Below, piece after piece: positions 25,029 to 34,610 of a stretch of 61,255 nucleotides of DNA. Under the pieces are notes generated by a model. The model had not been told where the DNA came from, ran no database searches, and saw nothing but the letters and a program-made list of their open reading frames with translations. The stretch covers positions 1 through 61,255 of the IMG/VR virus record IMGVR_UViG_3300045988_081680; one strand, written 5' to 3'. Source of the DNA: a virus. The stretch's first letter is position 1. Every line of letters begins with the position of its first letter. The position numbers and the translations under genes were made by a program.

Positions 25029-28000
25029 GATGTTCTCCTTTTAGCTTGAACGTTATCAGCAAGGGCTTTAGATACAGGGCTGTTCGGATTAGCCAGTTCC
25101 CCTGCAACAACGCGACCCGCTTGTCTACTAACCACAGCTTGAGCTTCTTGTCTGGCGATAATGCGAATGTTATCCTCATCAATTTGTTCTACTTCGTGCG
25201 TTACACCACTTGCATAGTTTTGGATAGTGATGTTAACACCAGAAGAAACAGAACCACCTTTGGCAGCTTTTCCTGATACTGACAAATTACCATTTCTCAA
25301 AGCTTCCAGATTATGCACACCAATCCGTCGAGTTGCATCAGCGTCAAATACATACTCTTGACCGTGTACAACGCCAGCAATCTGGTCTTTACCCATTGAG
25401 CCTGTATAACCACCTGTCATAAACCCTTTACCCAGCATAGCAGGCAGGGCGGCGGCTAATGCCACCACCGCCATCATACCCGCCATACCCGCTGCTGACG
25501 CGCTACCGAATGTAGCGGTATTCGCTAAGGTTGCAGCGGGCGCGTATGCGCTCGTAAGGCTCGCAGCTTGCGCCGTGCCTTGCGTGGTTGCAGCAGTACC
25601 CGCAGCCTTACTGCTACTAGACATCAACAGTTGAGTGATAACCCATTGAGTACCGAGTTTAACCAAACCAGAAATCAAACTTTGTAAGCCTTGTTTAGCT
25701 GCATTCTTAAGACTATCACCCAAGTTGTCGCCTTGCACGATAGCTTTACCAATGGAGTCCGCAAAACCGTCTTGAATGTTAGTGAAGAATGTACCAAATT
25801 GGTCTGTAAGGTCGTTCAATGTGCCGGTATATCCTTCCAGTAACTGGTCTTTACCCAGCATAATCGCGCCGAATACTTCCTGCCATGAGTTACCCATAGC
25901 AGAACCATCAGCGGTCAATCCTTGAGCTTGATTAGCACGTCCGATAGCAGTTTGATTTGCCAGCATTTTACGTCCAGCGTACTGACCGCCAATTTCACCA
26001 GAAGCCATCATTTCCATAATAGCCTGTTGTTCCATACGGAGTTTTTCAACTTCTGCTACTTGGGATTTATGAACGTTCAGCTTAGCCTGTTCTAATTCCA
26101 GGATTTTAGCGTGTTCAAGGCTTTCGTCTTTAAGTTTAGCAAGCTGTTCTTCTGTATAGAAGATGCCTTCCTTACGTTTACTTGCAATGTAATCATTGAA
26201 CGCAGCAATAGCTTTTTCTTCGATGGTAATAGCGCGTAAGTGCGTCAACTCTTTTTCACGACCTTCAGCAACTTCACGAAGTTCTTGGGCAACCTTAGCT
26301 TCCTCATACTTCAAAGCCAATTCCGCTACTTTCGCAACCTGTTCTGTGGTTAAATTCACATCATGTTGCTTTAGTGCGTCCATCATTTCCATTGTTTTCA
26401 CGTCAGCAAGACGCGCGTTACCCACAAGGGTTAGACTTTGGATTTCCTTCTCAGTTTTCTCAATGATTTGGTTGTAATAGTCAATCTGCTTCTCAAGAGC
26501 TTTTTCTTGTTTTTCGTAGATTTTATTATAAACACGATTATCCACTTTTGAGTCAATAGGACGGGCAATCATCAATTGACCGATACCCTTTTTCAGCTTG
26601 TTGTATTGGTCGTAACCTGCCGCACCAATACGACCGTCGCCATAGGTTTTTTGTTTAGCGTCGGATACCCAACCACTCTTAGTGAACATAGCACTGTGTC
26701 CGTGTATGCGACCCAATTTAGTCCAAGAGGACATAGATTGAATATCACCTACTTGTGGCGTATAATTCTCATCAAACTTAACCCATTTATACTTACCTGT
26801 CGCCACCGCGTTTCTGGCAACATTGATACCGCTGCCCGCGCGTTTGTAGTTTTTAGCAAACGCTTCTACAGCACGGTTGATATACTTAGCACAATCGCCT
26901 GTATATTTATCTAAAGCACGGGCATTCTTTTCAGCAAATTCAGCAGTCTTTTCTGCAAAGGTTTGACTTTCAGATTTACCTGCACGACCGCCCCTCAAAG
27001 ATTTTTTAGCAGCTTCGGATTGGCGATTCACTTCTGCAAGTTTTTTAGCAATTTCAGGGTTAGCGTTACGAAGAGTGTCTTCAATCTTACCCAATTTACC
27101 GTTAGATTCCCTTAACAATTTTTCTTGGGCTTGAGCTTCTTTGCGACTAGCTGCCGCGTTTTTAATCATATCTTCCATCCATGTTGATTGGCTTTTCAAC
27201 ATGGATTGTTCAAAAGTGTCGTTTTGTTTATAAGGAACTGGTGTTGTATTAACGTTCGCAAAAGGGTTATCGAAACCTGATAACTGCAATGTAGGACCTA
27301 CGGTATTATTAAACCATTGAACGATAGCTTTACCACTATTCATGATTTTAGCATTGAGATTGTCGAAATCAACCCCAATGTTATAGATGACATAATGTAA
27401 TGTAGCGGCGATTACAGAACCAATTATGTCGTACACTTTACCAACCGTTTCCAGCAAACCCCAAAAACCTGAATCCGTTGTTTTGAAGTAATCCTGGAAC
27501 AAGCTAGTTTGTTTATCGACACTTTTATCAGTTCTGGTTTCAATGTCTACTAATGAGTCGTAGACAACGTCATAAAGCATTGACCAACCTGCACCAACGG
27601 CATCAAGCATATCTAGGAAGAACGTGCCGGTATCAGCAATAACACCATGACTATTTTGCAACTCATCTTCCATTAATATGGCGTAAGTTATAATACCAGT
27701 GATAGCAACAATAGCGGCGATACCCATTGCAGCGAACGGATTTGCGGCGATTGCGGTAAATGTAGACAAAATAGCGGGCAACAGTCTGGACGATAATGCA
27801 ATAGCTATCGCTGTGAAAGCAGATACGCCAACGGAAGCCAGTAACTTCATGTGTTCCGATAACCACAGGATAGCACCAGCCAACTTGGAACTAACATTAA
27901 TTTTGCTATCGAGTTCACCCCAGAACTTAATCCATTGGTTTTTGAGTTCTGTCAGAGCGTCCGACACGCGCATTTTATAACCGGAAAACTGTTTATCCAC

Positions 28001-28747
28001 TTCTGGTTGGGCATCACGAATAGCCTCAATCATAACGTCCAGTGTCAGCTTACCTTGTTTACGCAGTTCCAACAATTCGCCGCGAGTAACACCCATTTTC
28101 TTCGCAATAGCGTCCATAAGCAAAGGCATAGTTTCTGCAACGGTACGGAATTCATCACCGTCCAGTTTACCTTTTGAAAACGCTTGCGATAACTGAAGCA
28201 AAGCTGCGCCCGCCTCTTGGCTGCCCTTACCGGACATTGCAATCATTTTGTTGACAGTTTCAGTCACCATTAAACTGTCTTTTTGGCTACGTCCAACAGA
28301 TTTTAAAGCTAAGTCAAAACGGCTAAAAGCGACTGCGGTATCCTCAACAGAAGAACGGCTTCGCTTGGCAATGTCAAACATCTCTTTTGTCAGTTGATTA
28401 ACCTGTGCCTGACTCTCTGAAACCAATTTCAATCTATTTTGCAAGTTGGTGTAACTGTCGATTGCTTTCACGATTGCGCCTGTACTAATTGTCGTACCTG
28501 CAAACGCGGAAAACAACGTCATCATTTGTCGTATTTTATAAACAGTTCTTGTTAATGAATTATGTAGTTTACCGAACTCTGAATGCAACTTTCCAAAACT
28601 GTGGTTATTGCTTTTCGACAAAGAACCATTCATTTTGTCCGCGCTTTTGGCGGCACTTTCAGCAGAATCTGCAATCTCTCGGATGTTACGGATGACAACA
28701 CGAGAACCACTTTCGCTAATAACAATCTTGATGTTTTCGTTTGCCAT
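25025..28747 (-). CDS. tape measure protein with an embedded Cys-His peptidase-like domain
   Basis: 1240 aa. Coiled-coil and hydrophobic central segments, Gly/Ala-rich C-terminal part; positioned after the G/GT chaperones. Confidence 0.9.
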   Translation of the reverse strand: MANENIKIVISESGSRVVIRNIREIADSAESAAKSADKMNGSLSKSNNHSFGKLHSEFGKLHNSLTRTVYKIRQMMTLFSAFAGTTISTGAIVKAIDSYTNLQNRLKLVSESQAQVNQLTKEMFDIAKRSRSSVEDTAVAFSRFDLALKSVGRSQKDSLMVTETVNKMIAMSGKGSQEAGAALLQLSQAFSKGKLDGDEFRTVAETMPLLMDAIAKKMGVTRGELLELRKQGKLTLDVMIEAIRDAQPEVDKQFSGYKMRVSDALTELKNQWIKFWGELDSKINVSSKLAGAILWLSEHMKLLASVGVSAFTAIAIALSSRLLPAILSTFTAIAANPFAAMGIAAIVAITGIITYAILMEDELQNSHGVIADTGTFFLDMLDAVGAGWSMLYDVVYDSLVDIETRTDKSVDKQTSLFQDYFKTTDSGFWGLLETVGKVYDIIGSVIAATLHYVIYNIGVDFDNLNAKIMNSGKAIVQWFNNTVGPTLQLSGFDNPFANVNTTPVPYKQNDTFEQSMLKSQSTWMEDMIKNAAASRKEAQAQEKLLRESNGKLGKIEDTLRNANPEIAKKLAEVNRQSEAAKKSLRGGRAGKSESQTFAEKTAEFAEKNARALDKYTGDCAKYINRAVEAFAKNYKRAGSGINVARNAVATGKYKWVKFDENYTPQVGDIQSMSSWTKLGRIHGHSAMFTKSGWVSDAKQKTYGDGRIGAAGYDQYNKLKKGIGQLMIARPIDSKVDNRVYNKIYEKQEKALEKQIDYYNQIIEKTEKEIQSLTLVGNARLADVKTMEMMDALKQHDVNLTTEQVAKVAELALKYEEAKVAQELREVAEGREKELTHLRAITIEEKAIAAFNDYIASKRKEGIFYTEEQLAKLKDESLEHAKILELEQAKLNVHKSQVAEVEKLRMEQQAIMEMMASGEIGGQYAGRKMLANQTAIGRANQAQGLTADGSAMGNSWQEVFGAIMLGKDQLLEGYTGTLNDLTDQFGTFFTNIQDGFADSIGKAIVQGDNLGDSLKNAAKQGLQSLISGLVKLGTQWVITQLLMSSSSKAAGTAATTQGTAQAASLTSAYAPAATLANTATFGSASAAGMAGMMAVVALAAALPAMLGKGFMTGGYTGSMGKDQIAGVVHGQEYVFDADATRRIGVHNLEALRNGNLSVSGKAAKGGSVSSGVNITIQNYASGVTHEVEQIDEDNIRIIARQEAQAVVSRQAGRVVAGELANPNSPVSKALADNVQAKRRTS

Positions 28748-29167
28748 TTAGAACGCCTTTAAAAGAATTTTTGAGTGTGTTTGTATCGAGTTTAATGCTA
28801 CTTCTGCTGCGCGTAAAACATAATTAGACGGAGCTTGTTGACTGCTGCCCTCATTAAGTTTAACGATATAATCCACATTGTTTTGGATATAAATAGGTTT
28901 AGTTCCAGAGTGAGCCGAGATAACCGCTGTCGCTGCGTTTAATGCACCAGGAATAGCGGCATCTCGACCATAAGTTTCGATAATGCTTTCAACGCCTGTG
29001 CCAATACTAACAATCCAGTTTGAACGCGCTTTACCTGTCAAAACAGGTGTCGCAGTAACCACATGGGCGTGGACATCACCTGCCACCTTTTTCATGATAC
29101 GGCTCGCACCTTTTTCAACTTCGTCCGCCGTTTCACGCATACGTTTTGCAAATTGGTCTAAGTTCAT
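28748..29167 (-). CDS. HK97 gp10-like tail component
   Basis: ATPVLTGKARSNW and DYIVKLNEGSSQQAP motifs. Unusual position between the GT chaperone and the tape measure. Confidence 0.55.
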   Translation of the reverse strand: MNLDQFAKRMRETADEVEKGASRIMKKVAGDVHAHVVTATPVLTGKARSNWIVSIGTGVESIIETYGRDAAIPGALNAATAVISAHSGTKPIYIQNNVDYIVKLNEGSSQQAPSNYVLRAAEVALNSIQTHSKILLKAF

Positions 29168-29912
29168 TTCTTTTTCAGTTGTTTAGCACGGTAATCTAAA
29201 TACGCATTATCCATTTCTCGCACCATGTAAAACAAGTCGTCTGTTTGATAAGCAGATAACCCGTTATATGCAGCCCAATCTCGTATTGCAGTCCAAGGAA
29301 TCGGACCTTCAGCCATACCGTAGCTTCGACACGTTGATAAATCTAAAAACGCCATGAAATACAACTCTAGTCCTTTCGTGAGAATAGGTGCATTTGCAAT
29401 GGCGTCCGGTATTGGAAGTTTTAATTGAGCGCACTGACGCAAGATAGCTTGTTCAGTGTCGCCCTGCTCCAACTGGTAGAGCAGGACGTCTTTTAGTTTT
29501 TTGCGTCTTGCTCATTAATTTCTGTGCGGAACAATGCAAGGTTAGTTGCCTGTTCTTGAACGTCTGCAAACAGTTCTGGCAAGTCCGAGAACAGTTTAAT
29601 GACGTTGTCGCGGTTGAAAGGCATAGGTTTACCGTCCGCGCCCTCAATGTTTGACCAGCCGATAACCACAGTGTCCGCATACACTTCACGCAGAATGGAA
29701 TTCATAACTTCCAAGTCCAGAGTGCCGTTTTGCAACTGGCGACGGTAAGGTTTGGTCTTGGCTTCCATTGCGCGGTTGTAAGCAGTGTTTGCGCCACCTG
29801 CACGGCAAATTTTAATCTGAATCGGTTTACCGTCTGCGGTAGTACCGTATTGAAGGAATACACCCTCTTGTTCAACTTTTTTGTCTGTTCCAAATTGGCT
29901 GTACAATGACAT
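29164..29912 (-). CDS. tail assembly chaperone G-T fusion made by a -1 programmed frameshift
   Basis: The frame of 29164..29472 is open upstream and is -1 relative to G. Slippery A_AAA_AAC lies immediately before the G stop. Confidence 0.6.
29493..29912 (-). CDS. tail assembly chaperone (gpG-like)
   Basis: ATG after TTGGAGATAAAA, between the tail tube and tape measure genes. The track's start at 29924 is a TTG. Confidence 0.75.
   Translation of the reverse strand: MSLYSQFGTDKKVEQEGVFLQYGTTADGKPIQIKICRAGGANTAYNRAMEAKTKPYRRQLQNGTLDLEVMNSILREVYADTVVIGWSNIEGADGKPMPFNRDNVIKLFSDLPELFADVQEQATNLALFRTEINEQDAKN
29496..29502 (-). other. -1 ribosomal frameshift slippery heptamer A_AAA_AAC
   Basis: Minus strand reads GAC GCA AAA AAC TAA. 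In the -1 frame it reads AAA AAA CTA AAA GAC GTC... and continues into 29164..29472. Confidence 0.6.
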
Positions 29913-29933
29913 TTTTATCTCCAAAATATTAAA

Positions 29934-29956
29934 AAGGACGGCGTTGTGCCGTCCTT
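29934..29956 (-). terminator. rho-independent terminator/attenuator after the tail tube gene
   Basis: Minus strand AAGGACGGC-ACAAC-GCCGTCCTT followed by TTTAATATTTT. Confidence 0.6.
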
Positions 29957-29961
29957 GTATT

Positions 29962-31485
29962 TTACACGCCGCCTGCTACGTTTGGCAAGTAGCTAAAGCG
30001 TTGAATCTGCAACGTGTAGCCGAATTTACCTTTAACAGCATTGGTATCCAGCGGCAACATGATTGCTTGGTCTTTTTCAACAGTCAAACGACCGTTACCC
30101 AGTGTCAACAGCGGAATATCCCAAACCATGCCGCTGTTACGTTTGAGCATAACCATGTCCAAAGTAATGTCAGCATTGTTACGGACGGCTTTAACCGCTG
30201 AAATGTCTGCAAAGTAAGCAGTCATAGAACCGCCAACCTCGAACATACCTGCGGTAGTATCGATAGCACCGAGAGTACCAATCGCTTTAGACGCGGATAC
30301 GTTGTTGTTAACGCTAATTGACAGTTCTGTCGCAAAAGCGTACAACGGTTTAACTGCGGATTCGTCCACAACTTCAGCCAACTTAATACGATGCACGTCT
30401 GAAGAAGTGTTAAACGCGGATTCAGGCGCAGAAATTGGTCGAGTGCCAGTTTTCAAACCAGCTTTACCATCGCGCTGTTCACTGTCCAATGCCATAAAGG
30501 ACATATCAACAGTAACTTTGTCGGCAGACGAAACGTTAACAGTCATTTCGTTAGGAACTGCGCCTACAAGGTATTCGGACATATCGCCGTCCTTGTCTTT
30601 GCCCAAATAACGTTCCAGTTGATATGAACGGCGTTTGATTAATGACGGTTCGGCTTCGTTGCGGATAATGCTACCTACATAAATCTCAATAGATTTATTA
30701 GTACCAACTTCCGCTTGGGCGGCAAAGTCTGTTTTGTCAAAAGTGATTGCGTTCGGTGTAACCACACTGATACGGGCAAAGCCTGTGTTATTGGCAAAAC
30801 GAGATGTAGGGTCGTCGCCGCCAATGAAAACCCATTCACCTGGAACAAAACCGTATGTATTCAGGTTACTACCGGTCAACTGGAACAGTTTACCGTTCAT
30901 TACGGCATTGAGCGCACTGGTATCGAATTTGATACCGACGTGATTGATATAAGCACCTGCGGGCGGAGTTTCGTCCAAAACAGCTTCTTTAAACGTAACC
31001 TTTGTCGCACTGGCGTCAGCGGCAACAGTGCGGCGAACGTTGTTTTCGGCTTTACCAAAGCCGCCAAATTGCACAATATAGCCCTTTTTAAAACCAGCCA
31101 AGCCAGCAGCAGCGGCAACGCTTTTGTCAGCGGCTGCGGCGGCTGTGAGGGCAACAGGCGCACCATTCAGCGGCATAGTAGTGGCACGTTCGCGAGCGTC
31201 GGCAAACAAAAAGCCTTGCAACAATCGCCAAGTATTACCGATTGTCAAGTCTTGTTGGAAACCGCCGGAAGCTTCCAAGTCTGTAACAACGCCTTTTTCA
31301 CGTTGACGAGACGCTGAAATTGGTTCACGCGCCTGTGTGGTAATAGTACCACCGAAATCGTTATAGGAGTTCGGTTCCAATCCATGCCATGTAACATTGG
31401 CGGGTAACTGACGCAAACATTCCTCTTCAGCGTAACGGAGTCCTGTGGCGTTCGAGTCTAATCGGTTTGACTGACATACTGCCAT
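29962..31485 (-). CDS. major tail (tube) protein candidate
   Basis: 507 aa, between the terminator-like protein and the chaperones. Followed by a hairpin, as is typical of highly expressed tail genes. Confidence 0.6.
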   Translation of the reverse strand: MAVCQSNRLDSNATGLRYAEEECLRQLPANVTWHGLEPNSYNDFGGTITTQAREPISASRQREKGVVTDLEASGGFQQDLTIGNTWRLLQGFLFADARERATTMPLNGAPVALTAAAAADKSVAAAAGLAGFKKGYIVQFGGFGKAENNVRRTVAADASATKVTFKEAVLDETPPAGAYINHVGIKFDTSALNAVMNGKLFQLTGSNLNTYGFVPGEWVFIGGDDPTSRFANNTGFARISVVTPNAITFDKTDFAAQAEVGTNKSIEIYVGSIIRNEAEPSLIKRRSYQLERYLGKDKDGDMSEYLVGAVPNEMTVNVSSADKVTVDMSFMALDSEQRDGKAGLKTGTRPISAPESAFNTSSDVHRIKLAEVVDESAVKPLYAFATELSISVNNNVSASKAIGTLGAIDTTAGMFEVGGSMTAYFADISAVKAVRNNADITLDMVMLKRNSGMVWDIPLLTLGNGRLTVEKDQAIMLPLDTNAVKGKFGYTLQIQRFSYLPNVAGGV

Positions 31486-31491
31486 TTTAAA

Positions 31492-31902
31492 TCACCTTAT
31501 ATCTTCATAAGTAAAAATCGCGCTCACATTCATCTGCTGAAACGCACCTTCCGGCATTGCCTCTAACAAAGAAACACGCCTAAACCATATATCATCGTAT
31601 CGTGCTGCTTGATACGCATCAACTATTTGCTGCCCTAACTCATAAAGCTGGACATTGCCGTCATGCACGGGAGCAAATAGCTGGATATTTAACTGCCCTA
31701 TTCTTTCATACCGCCGCTTGTCATTACCACAACCAAGCGATGTCTGCCCTGCGCTGACATGGGCAATCGTTACACGCGCCCAGCAAGTTTCTGTGGACGG
31801 CGGCTTTGCAAGGCTATCTTCCCATACAACAGGATAACCTGTCGTTTTCCAAACGCTGTAAAAAGGTTCGTGTATTTTGTCTCTAGCGTCCAGATATTTC
31901 AT
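31492..31902 (-). CDS. tail terminator-like protein candidate
   Basis: 136 aa, immediately upstream of the tube gene. Confidence 0.5.
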   Translation of the reverse strand: MKYLDARDKIHEPFYSVWKTTGYPVVWEDSLAKPPSTETCWARVTIAHVSAGQTSLGCGNDKRRYERIGQLNIQLFAPVHDGNVQLYELGQQIVDAYQAARYDDIWFRRVSLLEAMPEGAFQQMNVSAIFTYEDIR

Positions 31903-32270
31903 CGTTTTACCCCTACTGCATAAAACAATTCATGCTTACCAGGACGAAGCTCACTTAGGAACACGACACGCCACTTAACGCCATCGTCAATAATGAAACG
32001 TGCGTCCACAAGACGGTTAATGCCTGAGAAAAGGACAAACTGTTCGCATTCTGCAAGCAAATCCTCTTCTTTTATAGATAAACCAAAGTCCTTCTGTGCC
32101 GTGTACGACGGAACAAAGACACCCATCTGCTTAATCTCGGTGTCTTGTTTTTTAAAACCGTTCCACGGTTTATTAGGGTCTGCGGGTTCGTTGCTAGGAA
32201 TAACGAGCGTTACTTCACGCCCGTTTTCAGCAATCATCTCTTCAACCCACATATATTCAGAAGGGAGCAT
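31899..32270 (-). CDS. head-tail joining protein candidate
   Basis: 123 aa; position only. Confidence 0.45.
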   Translation of the reverse strand: MLPSEYMWVEEMIAENGREVTLVIPSNEPADPNKPWNGFKKQDTEIKQMGVFVPSYTAQKDFGLSIKEEDLLAECEQFVLFSGINRLVDARFIIDDGVKWRVVFLSELRPGKHELFYAVGVKR

Positions 32271-32788
32271 TAGTTTCTAATCCATCTGTTTTCACAAGAA
32301 CTTCCAAGCAGCGGCACTAACAAATAATCCGCACCCGGATAGGGTCTAAATAATGTTACTGTAGAACCAACGCCCTTTGATGGCGTTCTCATTTCTGTTT
32401 CCAACGGTCCGACCTTTTTACGGCGAACTGTTGAAGCCATACCGGATTCGTCAAACTTAGGGTCTGGAACAAGCGGAGCGTTATTTGCACGAATGGCGTA
32501 TTCAAAACACGCTTTTTTAAGAACTTCCGGAATTGGGCTAATGTAAGTAATTCCCGTTCTTGGGAAACTTAACGGCTGATTATCCTGCTTCTTCTTTCCG
32601 AGGAAGCGTCGCCCAAAGCGAAGTTCTATGTAGTCGGTTGCTGCAATCAGAAGTGCTTCTTTAGCGGTCTGTTCCAGCGATAACCACACATGGTTATTTC
32701 GTGCCGTGAAATAGTTATCTGCTTCAACAAGGTCAACATAACTATTTGCATTTGGGACAATAGAACCATCTTCAACAATGAGCGACAT
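32270..32788 (-). CDS. head-tail adaptor (gp6/DnaT-like connector family) candidate
   Basis: SLIVEDGSIVPNANSYVDLVEADNYFTAR...AKEALLIAATDYIE. Confidence 0.6.
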   Translation of the reverse strand: MSLIVEDGSIVPNANSYVDLVEADNYFTARNNHVWLSLEQTAKEALLIAATDYIELRFGRRFLGKKKQDNQPLSFPRTGITYISPIPEVLKKACFEYAIRANNAPLVPDPKFDESGMASTVRRKKVGPLETEMRTPSKGVGSTVTLFRPYPGADYLLVPLLGSSCENRWIRN

Positions 32789-32795
32789 GATAAAC

Positions 32796-33455
32796 CTATT
32801 TCTTAGTTGAGTAAGCTAAATCCGTTGGATTCACGCCTGCTAACTTTTGCAGAACTTCCGGCGTAACGCCAGCTTCACGCAATGCTTCTACAACACGGCT
32901 GCGTTCGTTGTTCGCTTCCAGTTGAGCATTCAGATAACCGCGAACCGGATCCAAATCGTCAGTTTTCGGTTTTGCAGCGTCCAAAGCCAAGCGAGCGGCA
33001 TCCTCTTCTTGCAAAGCAGCAACATAGTCCGCTTCAGCCTGTTCTTTAGCCAAAAGTTTTTCATTCGTTTTGGCTTCGGCATCGGCAAGAGCTTTTTCAA
33101 GAACTTCGATATCGGTTTCTTCTACCTTTTCTTCCGGTTTGGTTTCCGGATCTTGAGGTTCAGACCCTGCATCAACGCTTGTTCCTGTTGCTGTAACAGA
33201 ATTTTCTTGCGGCTGGTTTTCTGCGCCTTGTTGGTTATCGGACGGGGTCTGAACTTGCCCTTCCGTTTGCTTCGGTTCCCAGTTTGCGGCTGTTTCTCGG
33301 TTGAAATCCGGTGCGACCGCATTGAGGGTGTCTCGGGTAACAGATGGGTCTGAAGCAAGCATTTTGACAGTGTCCAGGCGAGGTTGTCCATCGACTGTCC
33401 AGTGGTTGTCATTTGAAACGTCCAATTTTTTCAACGCATCAATAATATTTTGCAT
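32796..33455 (-). CDS. acidic hypothetical head-module protein
   Basis: ATG at 33455 lies 6 nt after GGAG. The alternative ATG at 33467 abuts the hairpin. Confidence 0.65.
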   Translation of the reverse strand: MQNIIDALKKLDVSNDNHWTVDGQPRLDTVKMLASDPSVTRDTLNAVAPDFNRETAANWEPKQTEGQVQTPSDNQQGAENQPQENSVTATGTSVDAGSEPQDPETKPEEKVEETDIEVLEKALADAEAKTNEKLLAKEQAEADYVAALQEEDAARLALDAAKPKTDDLDPVRGYLNAQLEANNERSRVVEALREAGVTPEVLQKLAGVNPTDLAYSTKK

Positions 33456-33467
33456 TTCGGTCTCCAT

Positions 33468-33505
33468 TGTGGTTATAGAAGGCCATTAAACCATCTATAA
33501 CCACA
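33468..33505 (-). promoter_or_regulatory. hairpin built from an inverted pair of the extended octamer (TGTGGTTATAG / CTATAACCACA), directly after the capsid gene
   Basis: 11-bp perfect stem, 16-nt loop, between the capsid stop (33514) and the next start. Confidence 0.6.
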
Positions 33506-33513
33506 GTTTAGGA

Positions 33514-34545
33514 TTATTTGAATTCGCGGGTAATCAGGCGAGCAATCTTGATTTGCTTGCGTTCAGGGAACACGCGCTTCCAAGAGTCTTTATGCGCCAA
33601 GTTGTTCGCGGTTGCTTCGTTGCTTGGACCGCCTTTAGCTGGTGTACCAACGAACGCATGACCGACAGGGTGGATTGCAAACTCTTGACGGTTGTAGAGG
33701 ATTTCTTGACCGCCGCCGTTACCAGCATCAGGTTTGCGTTCAACTTCGGTTGGAACAGCAGGCATACCTTGACCCAGTTTGACCGCGCCAGCTTCAAACA
33801 GCCAAGACTCAAATACGCCTTTTTCGATTACAGGCATACTGTCGTCCACAATTACTTGGCGACCCAAGTAATGAGCAATTTTGACAGCGTGGTTGTTGAT
33901 TGAGACAGGAATGAACTCAATCAAGTTGCGTTTCAGCATATTGTTGTAGACAACGGAGTGAACCATCACCATAGACAGACGGTCCATGCTGTCGCCCATA
34001 GTGAGGCAAGTATCCAGGAACGAACCACCGTTGAAGTCGGTCACGCCTGCTTGGTAAGTTGTACCGCGAACGTCAAATGTCAAGTCATTCAAAACGTGTT
34101 CGTTAGCGGTAGGAGCAGCGGCATTGTCGGCAAAGACACCTTTCATTGTGGCAATAAAGGCAGCTTGCAAGCGACGCGCCCAGTAGTAAGAAACGCGGTC
34201 GGCAATAGCAGCCATAGGGTCAGAGCCAGCCAAGTCAGCAACCAAGTCCATGCTAGACCATGATTTGTTACGGTTCATGCGAACTTGGATTTCGTTACCG
34301 GTAGTGATTTTGGAAGGAGTGGATTTTTGAGACGGGTCGTCAGTTGTGACGTTTTCGTCCTCATTAGCCAAATCGTTCCAGAACGGACGGTTGAAAGTTA
34401 AACCACCGCCAGCCAAATCAGCGGACAAACCGCTGTCAATTTGCAAAGCACCGGATTGAATCAAGCGGCACTTTTCTTGGGTCAGTTGTTGGACGTAGGG
34501 GTTAAAAATTTCCGGTACAACAACGTCAGAAATACGGACTGTCAT
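33514..34545 (-). CDS. major capsid protein (HK97-fold type)
   Basis: 343 aa after the scaffold gene. N-terminus ISDVVVPEIFNPYVQQLTQEKCRLIQSGAL...LAGGGLTFNRPFWNDL is typical of siphoviral capsid proteins. Confidence 0.85.
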   Translation of the reverse strand: MTVRISDVVVPEIFNPYVQQLTQEKCRLIQSGALQIDSGLSADLAGGGLTFNRPFWNDLANEDENVTTDDPSQKSTPSKITTGNEIQVRMNRNKSWSSMDLVADLAGSDPMAAIADRVSYYWARRLQAAFIATMKGVFADNAAAPTANEHVLNDLTFDVRGTTYQAGVTDFNGGSFLDTCLTMGDSMDRLSMVMVHSVVYNNMLKRNLIEFIPVSINNHAVKIAHYLGRQVIVDDSMPVIEKGVFESWLFEAGAVKLGQGMPAVPTEVERKPDAGNGGGQEILYNRQEFAIHPVGHAFVGTPAKGGPSNEATANNLAHKDSWKRVFPERKQIKIARLITREFK

Positions 34546-34610
34546 TTGTATATCCTTAGATTGAAATTAGGAGTTAAAGTCTACGTCCTCAAGACCCTAG
34601 ACTCAAAAAG

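Noticed and set aside
29453-29689. ORF 29453..29689 (-) as the frameshift partner of the tail chaperone.
   Set aside because: It is the +1 frame and terminates 14 codons after the slippery site. The -1 frame is the one that continues into 29164..29472.
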